Shown here: one piece after another, positions 1 through 11,894 of the stretch
How the letters are laid out: each line of letters starts with the position of its first letter
Position numbering within the stretch: position 1 is the first letter of the stretch
Assembly (NCBI GenBank): GCA_013265495.1
Contig: MU057743.1
Span: 82,590-102,589 of the forward strand
Origin: Vicugna vicugna
Lineage: Eukaryota
Direction: 5' to 3'
Length of the DNA stretch: 20,000 nt
Notes under the pieces: generated by a model
The model's input: the letters and a program-made list of their open reading frames with translations, nothing else
Told to the model about the DNA's origin: nothing
Database searches by the model: none
Made by a program: the position numbers and the translations under genes

Positions 1-611
1 CCCCTGCCCCCAGAGTGTCCCATGACTTCTCCCCACACAGGGCACTGTCCCTGTTACAGGTAATGAGCTCCTGGTGGTTCCAGCCCGAGGGTGGGGGCTG
101 TATCTAACCTGTTAGGATGCCTGGAGCCTTTGTATGAAACCTCAGACCATAATGTAGGCATGCACAGAGGCCCCTCAAACAGCATTTCCTGCATGGCCCT
201 CCCCACCACGCACCCACATCGCAGCTGCCACACTGGGCCAAGCCTGTCGGAGGACCCCTGGTTCCTCTCCTCCTGTCCCTGATCAAGAGTGCACCGCCCA
301 CACTGCTGGGTATTTAGGGGGCCTTAGAAGAGCAGCTGGTATTTTCATGGGCAAATATTTGCTCTTTTGGGAAGATTTGAGTGCAAAGGGATCTAGGGTA
401 TGCTTTTTCTGTTGCCCTGGAACTGGTGACTAGGATGCAAACTATAGTCAAAGCAGTTTTTACAGAGAGCCGCAAAATATCTAACCCAAAGATCACTGTT
501 CCCCAACAAAGGCAACACCTCCTGGCCGGTGGGGGCCTGGCCCCTCTTTCTGGAGGTTGGAGTTTGCACCCTCCAGCTGTGACAGAGCCCGAAACAGCTC
601 TGAACACGCTG

Positions 612-1150
612 CAACAGGCTTTCCCAGGACAAACTGCCTTTATTTTGAATCTGGGTGAAGGAACCAGCTGAGAAATCTGGGTAAATCTTCCCGGGTGTAA
701 CCATGCCTTTTATGCTGAATGAAAGAGCGGCTCTCCACACGCTAACATCTTAGAACTGAATGTGCGTCGAAGCCTTCATGCATGTAGCATGTTGGGAACA
801 GCGTTTCATGGTGAGAGGAACTATATAACTTACATGTGTATGGGGAAGCCCTCACTCCAACAGGCTTTTCCTGCGCAAACTGCCTTTATTTCAAAATTGG
901 CTCTTGCTGAGAAATCTTGGTAAGCGTTCCTAGGTGTAACCATGCCCATTATGCTGGGTGAAACAGCGGCTCTACACTTGTTCACATCTCAGAAATGAAT
1001 GTGTGTTGAAGCCGTCATTCATGTAGCTTGTTGGGAACACAGAATTTCGTGGTGAGAAGAACTATGTAAATTACATGTCTATGATGAAGCACTCGCTCGA
1101 ACTGGGTATTCCAGCGCATACTGCCTTTATTTCGAACCTGGCTTCTCAGA
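612..1150. repeat. Diverged tandem repeat, ~243-bp unit, about 2.2 copies (612-857, 858-1098, partial from 1099); satellite-like
   Basis: Blocks recur in order in units 1 and 2: caacaggcttt, actgcctttatt, gctgagaaatct, ggtgtaaccatgcc, catgtagc, gttgggaaca, ggtgaga, ttacatgt. actgcctttattt recurs again near 1120. Confidence 0.85.
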
Positions 1151-4100
1151 AGACCTGTGGTCTCCACTGCAGGTCTGTCTCCAAGCCCAGGGCCAGCATG
1201 GTGACTCGCTCCCCCTGTCTATTCTGGGAGGTAAAGATGTCCTCCATGGCCCTTCCACCATTGTTTCTTTTGGAAACACCCCGCAGATGAAATGGACCTG
1301 AGAACAGGAGAGCTGGATGCCAGCAGCCACTGCCCAGTGTGTGGCTCCTGGGAGGGGCATCTCCTCTCTGTGGGCTCTGATCTCCCCTCCTCTCTCCCCT
1401 ACCCCCACCCCTCTCCTCCTGAATTTCCTGATTGATCCCTGGATAATGGTCCATACCAGGAATGACCTGGGAGAGGTTTTATGAGACTTTAAGGAAAAAA
1501 AAAAAACTTTAGACAAATTACTGAAAGTAACTTCCAGCTTTCCCTGGAAAGTCCTCTTTCCAATGTTTAAGGCTAGTTGACGTGGTGTCAAATTGCCTAA
1601 CCACTCACATCTGAGCAAGTGCTACCTCTCTCTCCAGCTCCCCGCAGCATCCACCTGTGGCAACTTGGCCACAAGAGGGCAAGAAAGCTCTTTCCCCACG
1701 CCAGCGCCAGCATGGCTCTGGGGGCAGTGGAGGCTGAGAGAAAGGGCCCCCCCCTTGAGGTTTGGGGGGCCTCCAGCCACAGCCAGAGGAGCGGGGGTTT
1801 TCAAAGTGGCCCAGCAGGGAAACCAGGCAAGGCCGCCTGGCCCAAGTCTTCCCTGCCCAGAGAGCCCCATGAACTGCTTTGGGCCCCACTCCCCATTTGG
1901 GCCCCCTGCAAAAAGTTACCACGGGATCCACACCTTAGAAGTCAGAAGGACGGCCTTTTGGCCTGGGGTCCCAGCAGGTGTGTCCTGTGAGACTTGTGGC
2001 CACATATCTTCCTTGTTTCTCCAGGTCACTGGAGGTTCTGTGCTGGGCACCTTGGTGGTCAGGGACATGGGAAAAACTCTAAACTCTGAAGAAAGACAGA
2101 GAGACTCTTCCTGGAAGCAAGGATTCCAGGGAGACGCCTTGCCCAGAACTGGGGGACTGTGTCCTGAGTAGACCCCTGGGAGGCAGTGTGGGGCTGTGGG
2201 GTCCTCTTCAGAGAAGGGAGCAGGTGTGATTTCCGGGGGTGGGGTCCTGCTTTGTCCAGTCATGTCCTTGTGTAAGACTCATTTACAAACACCTCCCAGT
2301 CCACCTATGGGTGTCCCCGGGGGGGGGGTAGAGGAGGAGAATGAAGGGTGCAGACTTAGGGCCCCCTGACCCACACAGGGAGCCAAGGGTCAGTGGGAAC
2401 ATCTTGGGAGTCTAGTTCAGGGGTGGAGGAAGAGCACTAAGAACATGGCAAGTCATGCAATAAAGTGACCCGTGACCACGAGACACAGGTGTCCGTACAC
2501 CAAAGGAGGGAGATAGAAATTTAGACCCAGGCTCTGAGAACCTTGAGAGGGGCTGGAAGGTCCCAGGAGCCCTCAGGAACAGCTCTTCTAGGGGCACAGA
2601 TATTCCAATACACTCATTTCTCATGGATGCTTTTTGGGGTGCAGAGTGAGTTACCATGATCCTGAACTTAGTATGGAATCCCAAACCCTTGTTCATCACG
2701 GTTCCTGGCAATAAATTGCTGTCATTTGTCCCTGGACATGCACAGGAGAGCTGACTGCTGTGGGGGTCACTGCAGGACAAGAATCTTGTGTGTGGGCACT
2801 GTGACCACAGAAACCCAGGGGGATTCCTTAACGTGAGCACCTGGAGACCATGCATGCAAGGACCACCCTCATGGGATGGCCAAGGAGCCCGTGGTACCCA
2901 GGTCACCAAGTGACGAAGTTGTGAGGTTGCCTGGGGTATGGTGGGGGCATGTAGATTTCTGTGGTCAGCACATGGGCCCAGCACTGCGGGTTGGTCTGCA
3001 CAAAGAGGGGCCTGCCCTTCTGATGATGGCTCCTAACACCTGCAGGGAAACTGCTCCCAGAGCTCCTGGAGGTCCATATTGAGAGTGTCCTGCCAGCCAT
3101 GTAGGGTCACCTTCCCCTGATGCAGAGGCAGACCTCTCCCCCTAAAGACCCACGGGACACCTGGCTCCGGTCCCACCTGTGTGCCCTGGACACGTAGAGC
3201 CCCAGAGCTCTGGCACAGCCTGGGGTGTGGTCGTGTCGGACCAGGAAAGGCCCAGGGAAGGGGCTCATTCAGGGGCATAGGCCACTCTGCAGGGATGCTG
3301 GACCAGGCAGCGATGCACTGCTTCAGAACTCCCCTGGGCTGGGTTTCCAAGCTGTGGGATGGAAGGGCCTCTCCTTCCTGCGGTGCAGTGGGAGGAAATA
3401 GATCCATCATTAATGTCAGCCCTGAAAATGGAGGCTGCGCTACCTCCATTCCTGGGAAGAAAAATCAGGCCCCTCCAGTCCAGGTGACCCAGAAAGTCAT
3501 TCAGCAATGTTCGGGGTCCCCATGTTAGGCTTTGAATTAGAGCTGAACGGCTCAGGAGGCCAGATCTTTGTCCGTGGCTCCAGGAGTAGTCTTTCTGCTG
3601 GGGGACAGGATCCTCACAAACACCTGTGTCTTTGTGGGTCACTCCCCTCTGACCAGCTGGGAGGCAGGGTGCAGTTGTGGGAAATCGTGTTTCCATGAGG
3701 AGAGGGCCACCAAGTGTTGGGGGCACAGGAGACTGTGAGAATGAGTCCCACAGCCTTTCTGGAATCAAAACACTGGCAAATGTGAAAAAGTGCATAATTT
3801 ATTTTATTGAACAGGCTGCTTATGTAAGTTTGGAGGGCCAAGTTCAAGGACTCTGCATCCCTCAGGAAAATAGCCTCAGGAGTTTCTCAATGAGGCGGAA
3901 CAGGGATTTCTGCAGATTTGCAAGGAGACCCAAACCACTGAGTACGGGATTACAACCCCACGTGACCCCTGTCGTGTTTGGCTTGGGCTCTGGGTCTGGC
4001 CTGATCATGTATTCTTCCAGATGAGTTCTAGAAACTCAGAGGGTGGACTTAGAGGGGTTGCATTTGGAACCTAGTGAGGAGGTGGAGGGTCCTTTATATT

Positions 4101-4494
4101 GAGTCCCTTCAGCCTAATCACCATAGCTGAAGCCCAACACCCCCCCAGGCCCCTAGGGTGGCCGTGGAGGGAGAGCAAACCTGGCAGGCGACCTAGGGGT
4201 CCCACTGCTGTGTCCCTCCCTTGTCTTCGTTCCCGTTCACCCCGGAAGGTGTAATTGTCTCGTGTCATGGTGGCCACCGCAGTGTCCCTCCCAGCAATCT
4301 CTCTTCTCCGTCAGGTGGGGTTCCCACCCCCGCTCAGCCTTCTCTCTGCATGGATGCTGAAGGTCCAGGCACACCTGAAGTTCTGAGCTTGAGCAGTAAG
4401 GTGGAAACAAAGAAACCAATGGAAAAAAAGAAGCAAGTGATTGTGGCAAAGCTCCCCACCACAGAGAAGCTGCCCTGAGTGGAAGGGAGGGTGT

Positions 4495-4630
4495 GGGCAT
4501 GCCCATTTGTTTCCTGTCTCCCAGTGCTCTTCGCTTTCTTATTGCAGACCTGCATGGTTACAACAAAATGATCTGCAAAACTGAAAATATTTTCTCTCTG
4601 GCTTTTACAGAAAAGGCTGGCCAGCCTCTG
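4495..4630 (+). mobile_element. MER58-like hAT-Charlie DNA transposon, 3' fragment
   Basis: gcccatttgttt...ctgaaaatattttctctctggcttttacagaaaaggctggccagcctctg resembles the MER58 end (aaaatatttactatctggccctttacagaaaaagtttgccgacccctg), recalled from memory. Confidence 0.6.
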
Positions 4631-5399
4631 GTCCCGGTACCAGGCAAGTGATTGGAGTTCCTTTCCAGTTTGGAATCATCTTGGCAGGCTCAGGTTTGCA
4701 AAGGTCTTTAAGAGTAGTTATGGAGTTTTGCTTCTAAAATTTTTTACGGCTGTGTATACTTCTGAGATGCGGTTGTGCTGTGTAATTCTGAGCCGGGATT
4801 TTCTCAAACTGTTTCTCACTTCTTATTCCAGACATTCCTAAATTTCAAGGGGAACTGTATATTAAGGAAGCCATGGAATTTAGGAAAAGGATACAGATCT
4901 CATTTCCTTTTAAGCATCGGTGTACCTCCATCATGGCAGTATTGGTTATGTGTTATTGATAGGGGAACTAAATAGTAACCAGATTAATAGAAAATAGGGG
5001 ATTTTAGGCACACAGTTTCATCTTTTCAACATTTTTTGTAATGTTTGCAGTTTAAGATGAACATTCCTGAGAAACAGGCAGCCTCTTAGAATGAAATAGC
5101 ATTTCCTCTGAACCATACTTAATTTTTATTTCGTAGACAGCAGGAAGGGTAATCACACATCACACATTTGGGGACGTCAAAGAGAAAATGTAACTTTCTG
5201 GGAGCGCACTCCCCCATCTCCCCCTGCTCTTTTCACTGTCCCATTCTCCCTAAAGGCTCTTTCTTATCTTCTGCTCACGGCTCCAGTAACTCTTTCTTCC
5301 TCCTCTTTCCTCAGCTGGTAATGCTACTTTTCTACTTTGAACAAGCAAACAAGCCAACAGAAGAGAAATTTCACCAGCAACTCCCAGCACATCCGCTCG

Positions 5400-6050
5400 C
5401 CTTCTGATGTCTGTGACCTCACTCTCGGTGCCCCACCTGTTATTACAAGTGGCAACGAAAGCCAGATCCTCCAAAAGTCCCCGGGGCCCCATCCCTCCCA
5501 TCTTCTCTGGTTTGTCACTCCCAAAACCATCCTCTCTTTCACTACCTCATCTATTTTGTTCTCCTGCTAGTTGGCTCCTATCAGCATATAAACGTCCATC
5601 CTCTTAAAAGTAACAAACAGCACTCCTTGACCCTAATTCACCCCCATCAATTGCCACCCTGTGTCTTTGCAGCAAATCTTTAAGGAGTTGTTTAAACTCA
5701 CTGTCTGCATCTTCTCTTGAGCCATCCCGTTTTACACCCACTCTGGCTTTTCCCTGATCCCTTGCTCTATGGAAACTTCCCTGTCAAGGCCATCAGTGAC
5801 CCCACGTTGCTAAATATAGTGGTCAATTTTCAGTCCTCATCATGCGTGGCCCCTCGGCAGCATTTGACCCAGCTCTTCCATCTCTCCTCCCCCCTGTTCC
5901 TGCTTCACTCAACCTCCAGCCCATTGCTCTGTCTGTTTTCTGCTTTTGGTCTACTGGCTGGTCCTTTGCCAATATCTCCACTTCTTTCCAAACATATACT
6001 GTGGGTGTGCCCCAGGGTTGGTTCCTGGGCCTCTCCTCTCTCTTTCTGCT
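5400..6050 (+). mobile_element. Ancient LINE-2 fragment (RT region)
   Basis: Degenerate LINE RT motifs: AKYSGQFSVLIMRGPSAAFD (cf. GQFSVLILLDLSAAFD) at ~5807-5868 and VGVPQGWFLG (cf. GVPQGSVLG) at ~6001-6030. Pyrimidine-rich. Left boundary approximate. Confidence 0.75.
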
Positions 6051-6129
6051 ATTTCTTTGTGGAAGGAACTCAGCCTTGCAAATTGGCATGCCATAAATTT
6101 CTCGAATTCTCCAAAACTCCCTGATTTGC

Positions 6130-6690
6130 CCTTTCCATCTGGATCTTTATCCCTGAGACTCACATTCTTTTTCTTTCATTCATCTTGCTTTCACATTCAT
6201 ACATATGTTCTACTATGTAATTACTTTTCCAAATTTTGAATCAGTACATATATATCATGTAAAAAGCTCAAATCTTTATTATTTCCACTAAGATGCTTAT
6301 TCTACCTTAGAACATTTCTGCATTTCTGTATTTATGTGAATAAAGCGAATAGTATTTCTACAAGCCTCATAGTTAAACAGTGTGTTTGTTTGGGGCTATT
6401 ACATAACATGAAATAATGATACATCAACATAGTCCTTTTTCATTTAATTTTATGTAACACCAAGAAGAGGTTTTTGCACTGAAGACTGGTTTTATTGCAA
6501 TTTTACCTACGTTAAGGACAGTCAGTTTATAGGACAGTCAGGTGAAAGCCCTCATTTCTCCCCTTTTCTGATATATTTTCCATTTGGCTATATATAACAT
6601 ATACCTTGGCATGAAATAAAATTCCCAAATCATTCACATAATACAATTATTTCATTTAAATTATATTTATTAAATGTTAAAAAGGAAAAG
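6130..6690. other. AT-rich segment interrupting the L2; possibly an old L1 fragment
   Basis: Abrupt compositional shift between two collinear L2 pieces. The family cannot be identified by eye. Confidence 0.3.
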
Positions 6691-6699
6691 AAAACAGAC

Positions 6700-7690
6700 T
6701 CCTGTCCCTATTAAGCATGTCTGTGGCAATATGTAATACACTCCTTAACCGTGACATTGAAGAACTGAGGTGATTCCAGCCCCTTTCCACCTGCTCAGCC
6801 CCACCTCGTCCCATACCCTGTGGATGGAGAGGACATCCCTCCCATTGTCCAGGTCCAGATGTTGGAACCATGTCCTTTCTCTCTCTTTCTCTTGCACACA
6901 CAGACAGAAAATCCAGCTTGTTAGAAAATTCTGGATACTCTGTCTTCATTAAACACCTGCTCCCTGCTCCCGGCCCTCCTAAGAGCCACCTTCAGCCCTC
7001 CTGGACACCAATAGCCTCCTGTTTCCATCTTTGCTTTCCTACAATCTCTCATCCACACAGAGTCAGAGGGAGCCTGTAAAAGCATACATTGAAGGGGTGG
7101 GTGTAGCTCAGTGGTAGGGCGCATGCTTAGCATGCGTGAGATCCTGGGTTCAATCCCCAGCATCTTCATTAAAATAAATAAATTACCTCCCCCCCAAAAC
7201 ACACAAACACAAAAGCATAAGTTGGACTACATCACCCCTCCCCTCAAAACTCACTAAACGGGTCACCATTTCATTAGGAGCCAAAGTCGTCACAAAGGCC
7301 TCAGGACCCGGCGTGCTCTGCCTCTCTGCCCACACTCTCCCCCTCACTCTGGGGGCCTCTGGCTCCGGCTCTTCCTTCTTCCTCTGGATTTATTCTGCTT
7401 CAAGTTCATTACTCCGTGAGATCTGCCAGGATTGCCTTATTCCCTCCTGCCTGCCTTCCACCCCACTGCCATCACCCGAGTTTGCTCATATGACTTTTTT
7501 TTTAATTTTTCCAAGCTCTTGCTACCCCTAACATGCTGCCTGTTTCCTCTGCTAAAACTCTGAGCCCCTAGTGATGGGGAGTCATGTCTATTTTGTGGAC
7601 TGATAAAGCCCGAGAACCTTGGGAACGGGTATAGTTAGGAGATTCCCGTATGTAGTAGGAGCTTATACACATGTGCTGAATGAATATAGA
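6700..7690 (+). mobile_element. LINE-2 3' portion, interrupted by a SINE
   Basis: L2-like tracts (catcacccctcccctcaaaac; ccaaagtc...cacaaaggcc) ending in an L2-like tail, tagtaggagcttatacacatgtgctgaatgaat. Confidence 0.6.
7094..7210 (+). mobile_element. tRNA(Ala)-derived SINE, camelid vic-1-like
   Basis: Pol III A box tagctcagtgg, B box ggttcaatccc, tail aaaataaataaattacctcccccc. TSD core aaaagcata at 7078-7086 and 7211-7219. Confidence 0.85.
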
Positions 7691-8774
7691 TGCCCTGGTC
7701 CAATCCGATGGAGCACTTCTGTGTACTTTTCAAAGAATAACTCTCCTTTCCACCTGAGAGGGGGTGACAACTTCCTTGGCGATCAAAGGTAAAATCTTTT
7801 TGCTTTACGCTGTTAAGCTTAGGCGGGGAGACTAGGGGATCTTCATATATATTTTTAAATTTGGTTCATTCTGCAGTTTGTCTTTGGTCTCTGTATAATT
7901 TTGAGAAACTCTTTATGAGTGATCATTCTTCCATCAGATTGAACAGTGTCCAGGGGTTAGGACCAAACCTGTCCCATCGGCCATGCTGTGTGTCATGTCC
8001 TGGGACCCAGTGGATGCTCAGCACGTAAGTGAACCGACAGGAGTGAGTGAAGAGATGGGAGCATCTCCTTATTGTGGTGGCTGTTCTCTGTCCGATGCCT
8101 TGAGATTTGGAAAAGGGTTTACAAGTGCGGAGGGGAGAGATCAGGTACTCTGTGCTCTTCCTGAGTGCCCTGTCCTTACCCATTCCCCCAGCCCCCCCTG
8201 GGCAGCGAAGTCGAGGAGCTGGGCAACCGGGGGTTGTGCTGATCAATAATCCACCTTCACCCCAAGTCCGGGGGCTAGGTAGACCAGGCTGTAGACTCTG
8301 GAGTCAGGTCCTTGGAGGAATTCCTCACCGAACTATGTTTTGGACCTTTTACTTTTCTCTATAACCTCCAGCTGAAGAAGAAGTTTGTCTTAGACACATG
8401 AAATTTGAGGACGCCTACAGTCCCCTCGGAACCCAGGTGGGGCTGGGAGTCTGCTGTTTGTACAGCCGGTGGGCTCGTGTTGCTTTGGGCATCCCTGTGC
8501 CTGAATTCCTGCAGTACACTCGGTGGTAAGGACAGGGGATCCTGGCAGGGAGGGAAGCGGGTCGGGAGACTACACAGCTGGGGAGATGTTAACCTGGAGT
8601 GAGCGGGAGCCTGCTGATGCATGGCATGTCAGTGCAGGGAACTCTCCACACTCATAGGGGTTCCCACTCCCGCAGGGGTCTTTTGATCAGGGTGCTGGGC
8701 TGTCAGGGGACCGCAGGGGTCCCAGTGAGGATTATGGTGCCTTCAGGCGGTGGGAAGTGAGGGGTCCAGTGGCA

Positions 8775-8880
8775 CTTAAATTAACTGTGGACCCAAAACC
8801 AGCCCCCACCTCTTTCAGCCTGTTTCCTAATCTGCAAAACTGGAATGATATTAACCATCCCACGGGGTCGTTGATGGGCT
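8775..8880 (+). mobile_element. MIR SINE core fragment
   Basis: cacctctttcagcctgtttcctaatctgcaaaactggaatgatatt resembles the MIR core ctctgagcctcagtttcctcatctgtaaaatggggataat. Confidence 0.65.
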
Positions 8881-9739
8881 GGGACACACTAGACAGCCAG
8901 GAGCTGGAATTCCTCTGTCCCCTGACTGTTTTCCTACTTTCTGACTATTTGCTCTCACAAGCTCAGTCTCTCTGTCTCTCTCTCTTTCACTTCTAACTTT
9001 CTCTAATGCTCTGATTTCATTTGATTTCCAACCACCGCCCCTCCCCCTCACCAATCCCCAGATGAGTGAACTGGATTTCTGTGTGTCAGTACCAAATTCC
9101 CAGGGAAGATGCTCTGTCTCCCTCTGAATCTGTTATCCAACCCATCAGTTGTGGCCAGAGGAGCGAGTCCGTCTGGGACCAGCGGAGGGTCTCTGCCCAG
9201 CCCCCCAGCCGCCACTGTGGGGACACATTGCTCTCCGAGGAGGAGGTGCTGGCTGTGATCTTGTGTCAGTCAATATGAATCTATGTCTCCTCTTGCCCCA
9301 CATTCATCTCCTAAACAAAGATGAAAATTAAACACTCCCAAGATTTGTGTCATGGAACACTCAGGGTTGGGGCTAAGGGGGCTGGAATCTCTGCTGTATT
9401 TAAGGGGCTACAGTGAATCCCCAACGAGAGCCTGCAAAGGGAACACCACTGGCCCCACCCGGCACTTAGGGGGCTGAGTCTGCGTGACATTGAGCCAGGC
9501 TGCTGACCACAGCTCAGGGGTCTGGTCTGACCAGATAGCCTTTGAAACCAACTAGCTTTGGATTCCTCAATCCCTCCCTGAGGTTTTACCTGAACCACCA
9601 GCTTCTGTATCTCTGAAGACAGATGATGAGGACCCTTCACGTAAGCCGTTCTCACAGCCCTGTGCAGGCCTTTGTGCTGCATGGTCTGCCCTGCGAGCTG
9701 ACCGAGGTTGGTATTTCTGATGTCAGAAATAGTTTGGTT

Positions 9740-9936
9740 TCCCGATGCACTGTTTCTCTGAACAAGCAACAGAAGCCACTTCTCGCTGATAAAAGCAAAA
9801 AAGGGACTTAATGAAAAGATACTGGGAGGGTGTGTGGAGTGGCCAGGACCGGAGCCAAGCCAGGAGCTGTAGGAGGTGTTAGGGAGCCCCAGGCACCAGG
9901 CCGGGCGGGGTGCTACCGGGCCCCCTGCCACCCCAG
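9740..9936 (-). mobile_element. Possible MLT1 (MaLR) LTR relic flanking the ERV insertion
   Basis: caagcaacagaagccacttctcgctgataaaagcaaaaaagggacttaatgaaaagatactggg resembles an old MLT1 terminal motif, recalled from memory. Confidence 0.4.
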
Positions 9937-10367
9937 TGTTACGGAAATGACAGGTCAGCCAAGAAACAAGCACCACTCGGAGGGTTGGAGTACTCAGATT
10001 TATTACCCCGGCGGGCTCAGAGGGGCTTCTTCTCCAAACCTCTGAGCACCTCCAAGACGTGTGCATGGGGTTTTATAGGGTTAATTAAAAGCTTGGGGTA
10101 TTTGGCCAATAGGCATGGAACAGCTTTAGCAACATCATTATCACAAAAGTAGAGGCAGGGAGGCAGCAAACCAACATTTCAAGGCCAGATATTTCTCTTT
10201 GAAAATCCAGCAGGCTAGCAAAAAAACATGAACAGGGAATCAGCAAAACAACAATAATTAACTCAGATTTACAAGTTAACCCAGCAGAACTCAGATCAGT
10301 AATCCGACACTTGTTGCACTTAGATTTGTGAGTTAGCTTGTTAGCCCAGCTGGGCTTTTCCTTCACA
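9937..10367 (-). repeat. 3' LTR of the outer provirus (431 bp)
   Basis: TG...CA termini, TATAAAA 10071-10077, AATAAA 9999-10004. Homologous to 13821-14354 and 18233-18665. Confidence 0.95.
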
Positions 10368-11894
10368 TTCCCCCCTCTTGATGCTTTCACAACCCTTGTT
10401 GGAGTAAGCATCATCATTTACCTGTTGCAGGGGCTCATAATTGGAGGCTAACATCTGAAGTTTTATAGCCTCTATCCACTCACTGACAAAGTGGGTCAGG
10501 AAGTTTAGGACACAGGGCCCAAACAGCAGAACTGCAAAAATCAGGAGTAAGGGACCTATGAACGGTGCCAGCCAGGAGGTCCAGCCCCAGGGTCCTGTCC
10601 ATGGGCTCTTATCAAAAATATGTTTTCTTTTTTTCACTCGGTCTTGTAACTCTTGAACCATTCCTCTGACAATTTCTATTTGATTGGCATAAAAACATCA
10701 CTCTTCGTTTAGGAAGAGGCATAGTCCCCCCTCTTTGGCCGTGAGTTAAGTCCATACCCCTCCTGTTTTGTAAGACCACCTCGGCGAGAGAGTCAGTCTA
10801 ATTTTGCAGAGTTCCCAGTGTTTCTACTATTTGTTGGAGATCGTGGCTGAATTCACCTGTAAGCTGATAACAGTAATAAGAGGAAGAGGTGATGCCCCCA
10901 ATTCCTGTGCCTACCCCTGCTGCCACTCCGAGCCCCACTTGGAAGGGGATCAATTGTATAGCTCGTTTTATTCTCCGTGGATGCTGGTGAGTTATGACAG
11001 GGATGGGCAGACTTTGATTATTAGGCATAATGTCTATTCAGTGAGTGAGATAAGCCAAAGCACATAATCCAGCCCATCTGGCAGGGAGGCACCGTAGGCA
11101 AATTCGCCACATACAAAATAAGTCCCGTTATTAGAACACCATCCTTGTGTGGGTTGGCACCCTAGTCCCATACAGTGAGTGGTTTTAATACATTGATTTA
11201 TAGTTAGATTGCCTTCTAAAGGATTAGTTCCATTGTTGAAATAACATTCTGGTGCCTTGTAGGCGAGCTGTACCCAGTTCAGCCTGGAACTCCTAGTGGA
11301 AGAAACGGCATCGCTATGAGTTGTGGTGAAAGTCTTATTGAGGCTTGTCAAAGGTAAAGCCAGGTGCTGGATGGGGCCAGGACACAAGCATAGCCAGCAA
11401 TCTTTAGCCAGGTCTGGATTGGAATGTTTGAGAATCCCATGGACTGCGGCAAACAGCCCATTTATTTGTGGATCCAGATCCCGAGGCTCGGCTAAAGATG
11501 GAAGTTTTATTGGCTTCCATGTAGGTAATAACTTCTAGTGTTGCCTCTGGACTGCTTGTTGAACAGCTTGCTGGCATGCCTAGTCCTGTACCCCTCCTCC
11601 ATCACTCATCCCATAATGTGTTTGCTTGGTCCAGCACACCAGCTTGCAGGGTGTGCCATAGCATTTGATGCTAGATACATAAGAAGCCTTAATTGTGCCA
11701 ATCCAGTAGGATTTTCCCTGATATGTGCACTCTGAAGCGCAGTCATAGCATTGACTCGGCTGATAAGTATAAGCTGAAAATACAGGCCGGTACATGGACC
11801 ACCTGTCACCCGGTTCCATGCAGGTGCATTGTACAGCCAAGGAGAGTGAGGGTATTAGCGTCAGTAACATCAGACTTATGATTATCTTAGACAT
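10341..11894 (-). pseudogene. env: Gamma-type envelope, HERV-W/syncytin-1 (RDR group)-like, disrupted
   Basis: Signal peptide MSKIIISLMLLTLIPSLSLA, MSDGGGVQD, NPDLAKDCWLCL (CxxC), furin site RRIKR, fusion peptide AIQLIPFQVGLGV, ISD LQNRRGMDL/LTAKEGGLC, CX6CC remnant CLFLNEE*C, TM anchor WLAPFIGPLLLIFAVLLFGPC. Stops at 11580, 11535, 10798 and ~10698; frameshifts near 11040 and 10747. Confidence 0.95.
10368..10379 (-). other. Polypurine tract of the outer provirus
   Basis: aagaggggggaa immediately precedes the LTR TG on the minus strand. Confidence 0.9.

Noticed and set aside
612..1150. CRISPR-like array
   Set aside because: Whole units are homologous with no unique spacers, and the context is mammalian.
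7094..7166. Functional tRNA-Ala gene
   Set aside because: A-rich tail, TSD and acceptor-stem mismatches indicate a SINE.
7950..8052. Additional L2 3'-end fragment
   Set aside because: Resemblance is too weak to call without an alignment.
9712..9731. Hairpin tatttctga-tg-tcagaaata (and a C/G-run hairpin at 1743-1772)
   Set aside because: Short and isolated; compatible with chance.
1..9936. Many 60-240 aa ORFs as host genes
   Set aside because: Mostly non-ATG starts, overlapping on both strands, no recognisable domains; expected by chance in GC-rich DNA.
10341..11894. Domesticated syncytin gene
   Set aside because: Several stops and frameshifts and a broken CX6CC; it cannot be fusogenic.
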